From Octopus vulgaris (taxonomy: Eukaryota): a stretch of 64,000 nt of DNA. Of the stretch, positions 52,701-64,000 are shown one piece after another. The notes below the pieces were generated by a model. It was not told the origin of the DNA. It saw only the letters and a program-made list of their open reading frames with translations, and did not search any database. Each line of letters opens with the position of its first letter. Position 1 is the stretch's first letter. The stretch covers positions 50,840,001 to 50,904,000 of the forward strand of contig OX597815.1 in assembly GCA_951406725.2 (NCBI GenBank). Direction: 5' to 3'. The position numbers and the translations under genes are program-made.

Positions 52701-53959
52701 CTTTCCTTTTTTTTTCTTTTTTTTTTAAATACTTACTGATAGAAAAACATGTGTAGCTACACACCCAACATGCTTTATGTTAGTGTGCAATAGCTGTCTT
52801 AGAAAATCATTTTTATCTTTTGGATTGACAGAATATTTTTTCCTTCCTTTTCAGTCCAAACTTTTTGTTTCATATCTCTTTTTTTTTATTATTATTTTAA
52901 TATAGTTTTATTCTTTCTCCTCTAAATTCCTAAACCTTCTACTCCATACTTCATCTGTCTAATATAATATCTGCTCACCAGTGTCTACCAAATATCGTTT
53001 TCTATCTGCTGTCATTCTTCATGTGTATGCTACTTAATATAGATTAAAAGCTGCAAAGCTGTTCGTCCATCACCTACTGCCTGTGAAATGGTTAGCAAGA
53101 TATTGATACTTTATGACAGAGTTTTCTTCTGGGCATACATCTCATGCGATGAGTGCAATCTAGCCCCACTGGTTTTGGTAAAAGTAAAAGCTGTAATTGG
53201 GCATACTTCCAATATCAAGTCCATTGCTTTATATTGCTTTTGGTCAGAAATATAAAAAAAAAGAAATGCTCATTGTTATTTATTCATATTAGGTTTTTGT
53301 TGTTGTTTAGATAATTATATCGGGCCTATATGTGTAGGTGTATATATGTAGTATATGTATGTTTCTATGTATACATGTGTGTATATGTATGTGTGTGTGT
53401 ATGTAAGTATATGATATGAATACATTTTATAGAGATAGATTTATATAGATAGATGCATATTTATATGTATATAATATGAATGAACATAATGGATAGTTGC
53501 TCTACTGTTTTTATTGTTTCATTACTTTATCAGTTCATTCTTGCATTCCTTAACATATATTGTAGCTATAGAAGATTTGATAGTTTAGACTCTGGTTAAA
53601 TAACTGACACGGATATCTGTGTTTCAGTTTATTATCTCTCCTCATAACTACACTATCAAGTTGCTCTTTACTTAGTTTCAGCTAAATGTATGTATGTTAA
53701 TATTGTCTTTCACATGTCAAAAATATGTCTCCATTCATCTATGACTACATCACTCATTCTAATGATAGCTCACTTTGAAAACAATATTGTTTCAAAGTTA
53801 AATTATAAGATTCTTACAGGTCAATTAAATGCAGATATTATGATTCATTAATTTAGAAACTAGGGATCTCTGGTATCTAATAAAGACAGCCTAGTTGTTT
53901 TTCATATATATTTAAGAAGACAAAAATTTGTCCTACATACATATTTAAGTTAGACAATA

Positions 53960-54600
53960 ACAACATTGACAAGAAGAGCAGCTTCTAGACATATGATAGG
54001 TAAATCCCATCTAGAAAGTTACACTTTTTCAATCCAAACACAGGAAATAGCTACTAAATACCTGATTAATAAAAGAGATGATGATGTTTCCAAATCTCTG
54101 TGTTATAGAAAATATTCATACCAACATGGAAGATATCACCCAAATCATCAACAGCCACTAAAAGTAACTATGTGGTGCTACCTCTCTATGAGACATGACT
54201 TTTTCTTTTTTGCCAAAATTTAGTACAATGCTATCTGCAAGAAAGATTGTTCTGACAGTCATGCCCATATCACACCAGAACCAGAATGTATCCATGCCTT
54301 TAAAAGTAAGGAATACTAGTGGAACATTTCAATACAAACAGCAACCCAGTGAAAACGCAACTGGGACAGAAAGTAAAGTTATGCACTGTTATAGATGTTG
54401 GTTACCTAGCTAGTGTGAATCTATCTAATGTTGTAGGAAAATAATATCTATGGTGTACTAATACAAAACTTGAAGCTCTTGTACCCAAGCAGTAGATTTA
54501 TATTTATACCTGTTATAGCTACATTAGGCTATATATCAATGGACATACATAAAAGCTTGGAAACATTGAAGTCTTCCAAGAAAGAAGAAATGCACTAACT
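53960..54600 (+). mobile_element. Highly decayed RTE-like LINE, C-terminal to the RT domain
   Basis: Scattered remnants: GRYHPN..QPLKV, KVKL..V, W..GH..LPRK, with frameshifts. Confidence 0.25.
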
Positions 54601-55184
54601 TGCATCCTCTAAATACAAGTAATTTGGGATTCAGTGAAAATATGGAAACTGTTACAATTATTTCTTCAAGTTTCTTAGAACAAATATGCACATACTATGA
54701 CATGCATATAGTATACAATATACCCACATAAAAAGTAATTGCACACTCATGTATTAAAGAGATATATATATATATATATACATCTATTACATGAATACAA
54801 GTATATCCACAAACACCTTTGTATATGTACACATTAACTCACATATTCACAAATCCTGAAACAGTCTGAAAAGAACTTAAAACAAATCTCAAATACATAC
54901 ACTTTCACACACATACACATAATTGAAACATTTCAGATACACTTAAACACTTTAGATCTTAAATTAATAATACTATATTTTCTCCTTTTATTTAATGAGA
55001 AATGGGTGTAAAATGCTTACATATATAATTCTTCATAGTACTTTTGGTCTCTTGTCATCTACATTTTATAGATAACATCTACATTTTACTTAGAAAAAAT
55101 ATCATTCCATGAAGTAATTACATGAGTCATTACAAACTAAAAAAAAAGGATTAAAATAAAGACACCTTTCTTATTATTTTATAA

Positions 55185-55325
55185 AGAATGAATCAGAGTA
55201 TGGAACAGAGTAAGCTGTAGCATTTAGTTGTGTCACTTTATGTTCTGAGTTTAAATCCCACTGAGAATGACTGTCTTTCTTTCCCAAGGATTAATAAAAT
55301 AAACTATCAGTCAATTACTAGTAGT
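55185..55325 (+). mobile_element. Degraded family C SINE
   Basis: ttatgttctgagtttaaatcccactgag...ttaataaaataaactatcagtc. Confidence 0.5.
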
Positions 55326-55619
55326 AGTTTCTCACAGTGTATGGAATTCATTTCATGTGTGCTCTTCTGACTAACTATTCCTCTGCATCTTCATCATTCC
55401 TGCTTCTCATTATTTAACCAGAGATCCAGCTATGTACAGTAAATACACTAATGCACACAAGCACACAAAAGACACACAGTTTTTCAAAAGTCACACAAGT
55501 TTTAGTTTTGATGAAATTTATGAAATTTTTTAATAAATTTTTTATTCATTACAAACTTAAAACTTGTATCTTGTACTCATAAAAAAGCCTTAATATTTTG
55601 AAACCACTGTTTGTCTTTG

Positions 55620-55850
55620 ACAGAACAGTGGATCATGATAGGTTCTTTCTATGCTTCAAAACATTTGGTAACAGATAAAAGAGCATACAGCTTTGAAGAC
55701 AACCATTTTTATGTGAAATTGTACACCAGCTTACACTCATACAGACATGAAGGAATTTCTCCTCCAGCAGTTTCCTCAAAAGCAAATTATTATTCATCAA
55801 CTTGGACATACTTGGCTTCTCAAACCAGGCCTCAACTTATGTGACTACTG
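55620..55850 (+). mobile_element. Decayed LINE AP-endonuclease fragment
   Basis: MIGSFYAS....EDNHFYVKL and STWTYL resemble the ISAYAP...KDKFY and TWMHP motifs. Confidence 0.25.
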
Positions 55851-56229
55851 GCTTTGGTATGTGTGTAGGAGTAGTGGTGACTTAAACAGAAAGTCTACAT
55901 AAAAAAAGCAACCCTCCACTAATATTCAAATAAATTGTTTAAAGAAAGCACCAATTGTGCTGCATCTGAAATAATGCATGAGCAGATGAGATAAGAAATG
56001 TTACAATGTACTTAGAAAGACAGATAAAACTATTGAAAAAAAGTTTATGTTGAACAGCTAGTTTATATCAAATTCCAGTCTCTTTTATACTCTCTCTCTC
56101 TCTCATATTTGTATATGAGTTTTGAGATTCTAGATTTAAAGATTTTGTTATGTTTAACAGTCTCTGGACCTTAGGTACTCACAAGCTTCTCAAGCAGTTT
56201 TTCCTCCTTCTCCTTCACATGCACACATG

Positions 56230-56271
<42 letters not shown>

Positions 56272-56800
56272 CACATGCATCTATATGTACATTTATATAC
56301 ATCATATACACACATACTCACACATGCACATAATTGGATTTTCCTCAGCAGTATTCAATTCAATTAATTGAACTACCTGCTTATTGAATTAACATGCAAA
56401 TAGTCAGGGATTCGAGGTACTGTTAACTTAAATTATTAAGTAGAATCAACATGGCACAAAATGTGACAAAGCTGAACCTTTAGAATTGCAGGTACTATCC
56501 ATCCATTCATCCAATCAGCTTTTACAAAGTTTGCTCAAGTGAACTAGAGGCTGTGGTAAATGACACTTGCAAAAGATGCCATAGAGTGAAATTATAACTA
56601 GGGTTATGTGCCATAGAGGATGGTCTTAAAACCACAGCCTGTAAGTCAATCACTGGCAAGCTGAGATCCATCATAAACAAATCCATGCCATTAGTATTTC
56701 TTCCTATTGAGATTTCCTTCAACAAAGAGAAATTGAAATTCCTGGACATACGGAACAATTGATGATAATGCATGTATGCATTTATATATGTATGTACATA

Positions 56801-57180
56801 GTTGCAGGCATGGGTGTGTGGTAAGAAGCTTGCTTCCCAACCACATGGTTCCAGGTTTAGTCCCACTCCATGGCACTGTAGACTCAGGCTGACCAAAGCC
56901 TTGTGAGTGGATTTTGTAGATGGAAACTGAAAGAAACCCATTGTGTGTGTGTATATATATGCACGAGTGTGTGTGTGTCTGTGTTTGTCCTCCACCACTG
57001 CTTGAAAACCAGTGTTGGTGTGTTTACATCCCTGTAACTTAGCAGTTTGGCTAAAGAGATCAATAGAATAAGTACCAGACTTAACAAAAATTAAATACTG
57101 TGTTTAATTCATTCAACTAAAATTCTTCAAAGGCAGTGCTCTTGCGTGGCTGCAGTCCAATGACTGAAACAAGTAAAAGA
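56801..57180 (+). mobile_element. tRNA-derived SINE, family A
   Basis: Same head, body and tail motifs as the other family A copies. Confidence 0.85.
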
Positions 57181-57927
57181 TGTATATATGCACACATTGG
57201 TCGATGAGTATGACCATCACTGACAAATTGTCTTATTCTAGATGTTAAAGACAATAACTGTCTGCAGTGCCCACACTGAAGTTTATAATCAATAACAGCT
57301 TGCACAGCAACACTAAGACTCTCACCTACAAAACCAAGTAGGCCAGAAACAAGCAAGAGCAAGATCTCCAGCTACGCAATAAATTGAGGGTTATTTTGGA
57401 ATTTCATTTTCCTAGAGAAATTGCTAAACAAAGACTAGATAGATGTCTCTCACTCTCAGCTTTTGGATGGACATTATTTACTCAGTCCTTTAACAGTATT
57501 TTCTTTTCTTTTTTTTCTTGTCCTGCATGGTGTACAATGAAAACCACCCAGGCACACTTTGTAGGGTTGCTAGTTTAGTCACCAATAGTCCAACCACGTG
57601 ACAGATATATATATATGCTTATAAACACTAGTACACACTATTATACTTATTGTTTTGTATCCTTTGGCAAGGACTCCTCTTATAGCAGTCTGCTAAGGTT
57701 CACTCCCTCCATGTTTCTGTGCTAGCATAGAAGGAATGTATTTTGTTTAAACTATTGATGTATTAGTATCAGGAAATTAGGATACAGAAATGGCTCCACA
57801 TTCAGTTAAACTGATTGGTTTGTTGCAGCCAGGAATTCATATCCATGTGGTTAATACTTCAACTTTGTTGCCCCTGGGATTCATTTCACAATATTACACA
57901 CAACACACACACACACACAAATAAATA

Positions 57928-57960
<33 letters not shown>

Positions 57961-57963
<3 letters not shown>

Positions 57964-58080
57964 CCTACTTGCCAGCCTGCCTGCCTTGCCACTGGGGTGC
58001 CATCATTCAAAAGCTACAACAATGCTAGAAATCACATTGTGACCACCATTGTATAACAACATCTGATAGTCTGGTCCATA
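57961..58080 (+). mobile_element. 3' fragment of SINE family B
   Basis: tggcctacttgcc...catcattcaaaag...acattgtgacca...taacaacatc matches 11424-11520. Confidence 0.6.
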
Positions 58081-59262
58081 AAGTAACACACACACATATT
58101 CCATATTCTTAATCAAATACCTTAACTATAATAATCATATGTCCTAATTATTTCAACTTCTATTACTCAACATTCAAACTAATAATATATAATTTTCTGT
58201 ACTGCTTGATTAGTAATTTGTCTTTCTATATTTAAAGCAATATGCCTCCATAATAATCTGTAAGTGATGCTAATGCATCTGTTAGGCTTTTACTTTTATA
58301 ATGTGACTATTACTAATACTACTACTTTCTTTACAACTGATCTTATGTAAAGATTTTGCCATAATTTCTGTAAGAGTATTTGTCTACTTATAAACTGTAT
58401 TTATCAATATATAACTTTGACAGCAGTGTTGATAGTAACGCTGGCCTGCAAACTTGTATACTTAATTCCTTCTTACTTACGTATTGTCATTTCTTTATTT
58501 CCTATCATTTATTCTTTTAATGTTCCTTTTTGCTTGTTAAATGATACTTATGGTATTCTTCACTGGTATTTATCACTCTGCTTCACCTCTTCCACTCATT
58601 CTTACCTTTGCGTTATTGGTTATGGTCAAGTAGTCACTGTCATCTACAAGAGAAACATTTCTTACAACACTTACATGCATGGCAAGATCAAAGAGTATTG
58701 ATTCCTTCACAAGCAGCTAACTTATTGGTTGTCTTTATCCAACACTCAGCCAGCACCACTACATTATATTCATACACATTAACAGAAACAAGGACATCCT
58801 TCTACATCAAAATGATGCTAATGATGACAACTAATGGAACAATTCCAAAATGACGATTCAGAACTATGTGAGAAAATACTTTTAATGTCACAGATTCTTT
58901 TTGCATGAGGTATTTTTTCCTAAAAGGCAATCTGTGTCACTGTCAGTAGCTAACTTTTAGTGATTCTTTTCTTTCTCTTGATATTCTTAATTGTAGCTAC
59001 TGGTTTTTCCTTTTAGGTGTATTTAGTTTCTATTAAAAAGATATTTTACATTTTTCTGTTTTTACTTTTATTTTCTAACATTCATTTTTTTTCCTACCAG
59101 TTATTATTTTTCCATCTTTCCATATTTCCCTTTCATTTTATTTTCTCCTCCTTCTTTCCCTCTTCTCTAAATCTTCTCCCCCAGCCTCTTTTTCTTCACT
59201 TATCTGTTTCTATTGTTTCAGAAAGAAAGATATTGGTGAGCTTTCCATATTTGATATGCTGT

Positions 59263-59408
<146 letters not shown>

Positions 59409-59689
59409 CCTGTGTAGATCTTAAGAGAATAGAATGATTATGACTCAACATTCCGGTCTGATTGCTACTGACCATTATGCTGAATCTCAGAACAACTGCA
59501 TGCTCTTATGAGATTTACATTTTCTTGAACTGTTTAAGATAGAAAGTTCTAGATTCCAGCAGTGTTTCCACTCACTGAACAGGTGACGATGCTGCAAACG
59601 ACAAGGGATAAATGTGCTGTGATAGGGATAGACTTTGATTTAATGCTGAAGTGGGATGGATTCTGACTGATCCTAAAGTTTTGTGCTGA

Positions 59690-59820
59690 TCATAGAGGAT
59701 AGAACATTAATGCACACAACCAAAATATTGGCACCAATTGACAAGTACATTGGAAATTAGAGAGTAGTACACAGCCCTGTCTTCATTCCATTGGCTATAT
59801 TCAGCAACCGCTATTTAGTA
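59690..59820 (-). mobile_element. Decayed LINE reverse transcriptase fragment
   Basis: Minus strand ANGMK/QGCVL (one frameshift) resembles the RTE-type NGVKQGCVL motif. Confidence 0.3.
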
Positions 59821-60396
59821 GATTACTATTAGCATTTGTTTTATAATGAAAAAGGCAACATATTATTTCTGTGGTTGCAGATAAAGTAGCTCTAATTTAG
59901 CATTGCTGCAAGCTTAAATTTTCATGCACATACCTGAGCAATAAACAGAGCTTTAATTTGAGGATTCATTTGCTCATAGAGAAACATGCCACTATATTTC
60001 CAATCTTCACCATTAAGCTTTTCTTATTCTAAATTATTTTACTTGCCTTATTTTGAGTTTTCAGATATTGGCATGAAAATTCTTTCAGTGACTTTTGTTA
60101 AAGTTCATTACAAGTTGCTTATAATTAGTTAAGGGTGCTTCTCATATCCACTCATCCATGTGACAAAGAAAATGAAAGCACATTGTACTTGAAATGGATT
60201 TAAGTTCTGTTGGGAGTTAAGACTTTCTCTCTCTCTCGCTCCCCTGTCTCTCTCTCTCTCTCCAAATAAGTAAAGTAAAAGGAGAAAGAGATTGATGAAA
60301 ACACAAGAATTGAAGTCAATGCCCAGAATTATTTCTTATAAAGAAATCAAAGAATTTTGTTTTAAGAATTATATGGTAAATTTATGATTCATTTAA

Positions 60397-60750
60397 TCTT
60401 TTACTTGTTTCAGTCATTTGACTGCAGCCATGCTGGAGCATCGCCTTTAGTCAAACAAAACGACCCCAGGACTTATTCTTTGTAAGCCTAGTACTTATTC
60501 TATCAGTCTCTTTTGACAAACCACTAAGTTACAGGGACATAAACACACCAACATTGGTTGTCAAGCAATGGTGGGAGGACAGCATAAACACACAAACATA
60601 TATATATATACAACAGGTTTCCACTCACAAGGCTTTGGTCAGTCTGGGGGTATAGTAGAAGACACTTGCCCAAGGTTCCACGCAGTGGGACTGAACCCAG
60701 AACCATGTGGTTGGGAAGCAAGCTTCTTAGCACAAAACCAAACCTGCGCT
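60397..60750 (-). mobile_element. tRNA-derived SINE, family A
   Basis: Reverse-complement copy: tcttttacttgtttcagtcatttgactgcagccatgctggagc...gggactgaacccagaaccatgtggttgggaagc. Confidence 0.85.
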
Positions 60751-60909
60751 TGATGTAGAATATTTTAAACGTTTACAGTAATTTGTAAAATTTATCATAT
60801 TATAAAAAATTTCTTCTAAATTAAGCATTGAAAATTTAATCTGAATTATTTAATGTGAGAAACAAAGTTTCATTAAAACTAGTTTCCCTCCACTCTTTCT
60901 TTCTTTCTT

Positions 60910-61051
<142 letters not shown>

Positions 61052-61429
61052 GTGTATATCACTTCTTCATTTAATTTTAGTGATTAAACCTTCAAATCTG
61101 TCTCTGCGACAGATTTTGCTTCACTTTGTTATCTAGTTTATTGTCAACAATTTTGATTGTGCAAATATTAACAAACCTTAAAATTAATTTTAAGGAATTG
61201 TTTCTTTTCTTCAATATATTGTTTACTGGTCGATTTTTGATAATCTATAATCTGCTAATGATTCTGTTAGTCACTCATTAGCTTATGGAACTTCTAATTA
61301 TACAGTTCTATCTGCTACAAAGTTATAGACTCCACTCAGGAGAGATTTCAAAGTAACATTAAATGATTTAGTAACTGAGAGCTTTAAGAGAAAGTGAACT
61401 ATAATGTCCACATGCTCATGTGTATATGT

Positions 61430-61790
61430 AATTCAACTGCAAGCTGCCTAAATGGCGAGACACCTGAGCAATCCAATGTCAAAAGGCCACTTTTCATGCA
61501 CAGCAGGTACTGTTAGTTAGCAGGAGAAGTAAATAACCAACCATTGCTGTGACTGAAATAAATGTTTATGTCCTCTGCTGGCATATTGCCTTACCATCAC
61601 AACCTCCAGCATCTCTACTCGTTATTGAACAGAAAACCATGCATTGAATCCAAACTAATTTGGAAAATAAGTTCTCTTGCTAATGATGTCCAATACATAA
61701 TATCTATTTGGTCCATACTGGTCTTAATGTCATCTTTTCCATCTACTTATTCTTCAGCCATATTACTTGTGAAGCACAAGCCTTGCAAAG
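61430..61790 (-). mobile_element. Decayed LINE AP-endonuclease fragment
   Basis: Minus strand ACASQV, DSMHG..NNE, NIYF and LQLNYI occur in the order expected for YAPQ, GVHG..RN, NTYF and QIDYI. Confidence 0.3.
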
Positions 61791-63324
61791 TATAAACACA
61801 CTTACAAGTGTGTGTGTATGTGTGTGAGAGAGAGAGAGAGTAAAGCCTGGGCAAGTATAATTATATTGTGGATGACATAGTCTAGTGTATTTGATATAGA
61901 TATGATATCTGATATTGGAATAAAATATACTGTACTAAATCTGGGGTGTGATGAAAATTTGCTATGGGGACAGATTTATAAATAAAAACTTTATAAATAG
62001 ATATGTTGTCATTCAGCATTCTTAGGTTTAAATCACTGAATGTGAAAATGTTTATATTTTTGACATAGTCCTAAAATTAAAACTTGTTTGTTCAGGATGC
62101 CATTAAATATCAACTATCAAATATTTTGGGTGTTAATTGCATTTGTTGAGGGCTTTAAACTCTCATTAATAACTTTAGCTATAATCTTTCTTTGGTGAAG
62201 TGTCAAAATATGAATTAGTTTAAAATGATATAATTTTATTCTTTTGTTAGTTGAGTATGTGCATTCTTTCTGAAAAGCTAAAGCTGGTATATGTGGCCTT
62301 TATTATTTGCATAGAGTGTTGAAGTATCTGAATAACAGTAACCAAACTTCTTAGAAGAGCAATGTTCAAATAGGTTACACCTGTAAAAGTAGTTAAATAT
62401 CACAAAGAACTAACAAAAATGGCTACTATACATTTAAGATATTACTGTATATGAGAAGGAAGCTTTGTGGTACATTTTTATTTTTGTTATTTCTTCTGTT
62501 TTCTTACTTTTTTATCAGTTGTAATACATCATTGAAATTTTTATTTTTGAATAATTCAGCAAAATTGTAACAATATATTTTGGTCTATCATCTACATGTT
62601 GTAGATTATAGAAAAAAAGAGTCCAATAATTTTTTGGTTGTAGGTGTCTAAAAACATTTGTCTGTGAAACTGATTATGTTATAAAGGAAAAAGTAAATTG
62701 CCAAGTCAAACAAAACAGAATGGTTTAATTATATCTTGCTATTTGTGTCTTACTATCAGGATTTACGTATGCTTACATATGTCTGCTTTCTCCCTAATAA
62801 CTGAAGAGAAATCTAAGCGCAGTAATTTGTAACAGATTGAGTAATTGTTTTCCAGTAAACTTTTTTTTTTTTATCAACATTAATCAATTTCTATCTACCT
62901 TCAGTAAAGTGTTAGCTAACAATTTGACCAGCTGAAACATGCTCTTCATCTTTTAACTCAAATACATGATTTTTTATTACCTTACTTGAGTAACAAAGAT
63001 CCAATGGTATTGTTATTTTTCAAAATTTAGTTTAATGTAAACAGAATAGTTTGCCATATATCACATATTAAATTTTTTGTTTATATTTCTCTGAGCCTTA
63101 AAATTTCTTCTAACTTATCTTTTATGGAATTAATGTCAGTTACACAAGAGAAAATTAATTAACTAGCGCTAATGATTGTTTTAATAACTACTGATCACAC
63201 TTGATAATATCAGCTATGAATTTTAGTTGTGTCTGAATAAACAACTTTGTGACTCCAAATGTCTTGTTTCCATATTACATCAAAGAAACTATCTGGTGAC
63301 ATTTGTATTATTAATAGTTAGGTC

Positions 63325-63525
63325 GGTGGATTGACTTGTGAAAAAATACCTTGTAGAATTTCTTCTAAGTCTTTAGGTTCTGAGTTCAGATCACACAAAA
63401 GTCAGCCTTGCCTTTTATCCTGCCAGTGTTGATAAAATAGAACACCTGTCAAATACTGGAGTAAATGTTAATTACCATCCCTTACCCTCAAAAATTGTTG
63501 GTTCTGTGCCTAAGTTAGAAACAAT
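63325..63525 (+). mobile_element. Degraded family C SINE
   Basis: gttctgagttcaga...gtcagccttgccttttatcc...ttgataaaatag...actggagtaaatg...tgtgcctaagttagaaac. Confidence 0.6.
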
Positions 63526-63657
63526 TACTAATTATTGATGCAATTGTGACCTCTCGTCAAAATCTGTAGTTCAATGGAAGTATTGAAAATGCAGATATAA
63601 ATATATGAGCAATTCTTCTTTCCTAAACGAAGCTGTAATTGTAAGGTTTTTGTAAAT

Positions 63658-63701
<44 letters not shown>

Positions 63702-64000
63702 CTGTTGTAGATTATTGTATTTTCTTTTAACTCATTTCACACATATATATATACACACATACTCACACACACACATATATATATATATCTGCACACATAC
63801 ACATGCATATATATATATATCCTTTTTTATTTTTATATATCTATCTCGTGTGGATAGATTTAATTATAGTAAAAGGAAGAAAAAATATTAAATGATAGAT
63901 GCTCTAAAAACAGGAATTACTGGATATTTGTTATGTGTAGAATTTAAAATTTGATACTACTTGATATTGGAACAGTTAGTTTGGCACCAAAACTAATGAA

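Noticed and set aside
56522-56998. 158-aa ORF and similar SINE-derived ORFs (3456-3752, 27068-27376, 60524-60753, 49434-49745)
   Set aside because: These are translations of SINE and microsatellite sequence.

Overview
This is AT-rich, microsatellite-dense eukaryotic genomic DNA, almost entirely intronic. The SINE/MITE repertoire strongly suggests a coleoid cephalopod, probably Octopus (inferred from recalled repeat families, not from a search). One well-supported coding exon lies at 18968-19206 (+) and encodes the conserved N-terminal domain of basonuclin-2/disconnected-like (BNC2) zinc-finger proteins. I could not find the neighbouring conserved exons, so the flanking introns appear to exceed about 19 kb and 45 kb. 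The downstream intron holds a clean, frame-compatible 27-nt microexon candidate (44783-44809, DQLSTIGEN), the most promising undescribed element here. The rest comprises a decayed mariner transposon, several tRNA-derived SINE families, TTAA-flanked piggyBac-like MITEs, LINE relics, a ~200-bp-arm inverted triplication, a ~400-bp fold-back palindrome and local duplications. Apart from the BNC exon, the mariner and faint LINE relics, the supplied ORFs are spurious (low complexity or SINE-derived).
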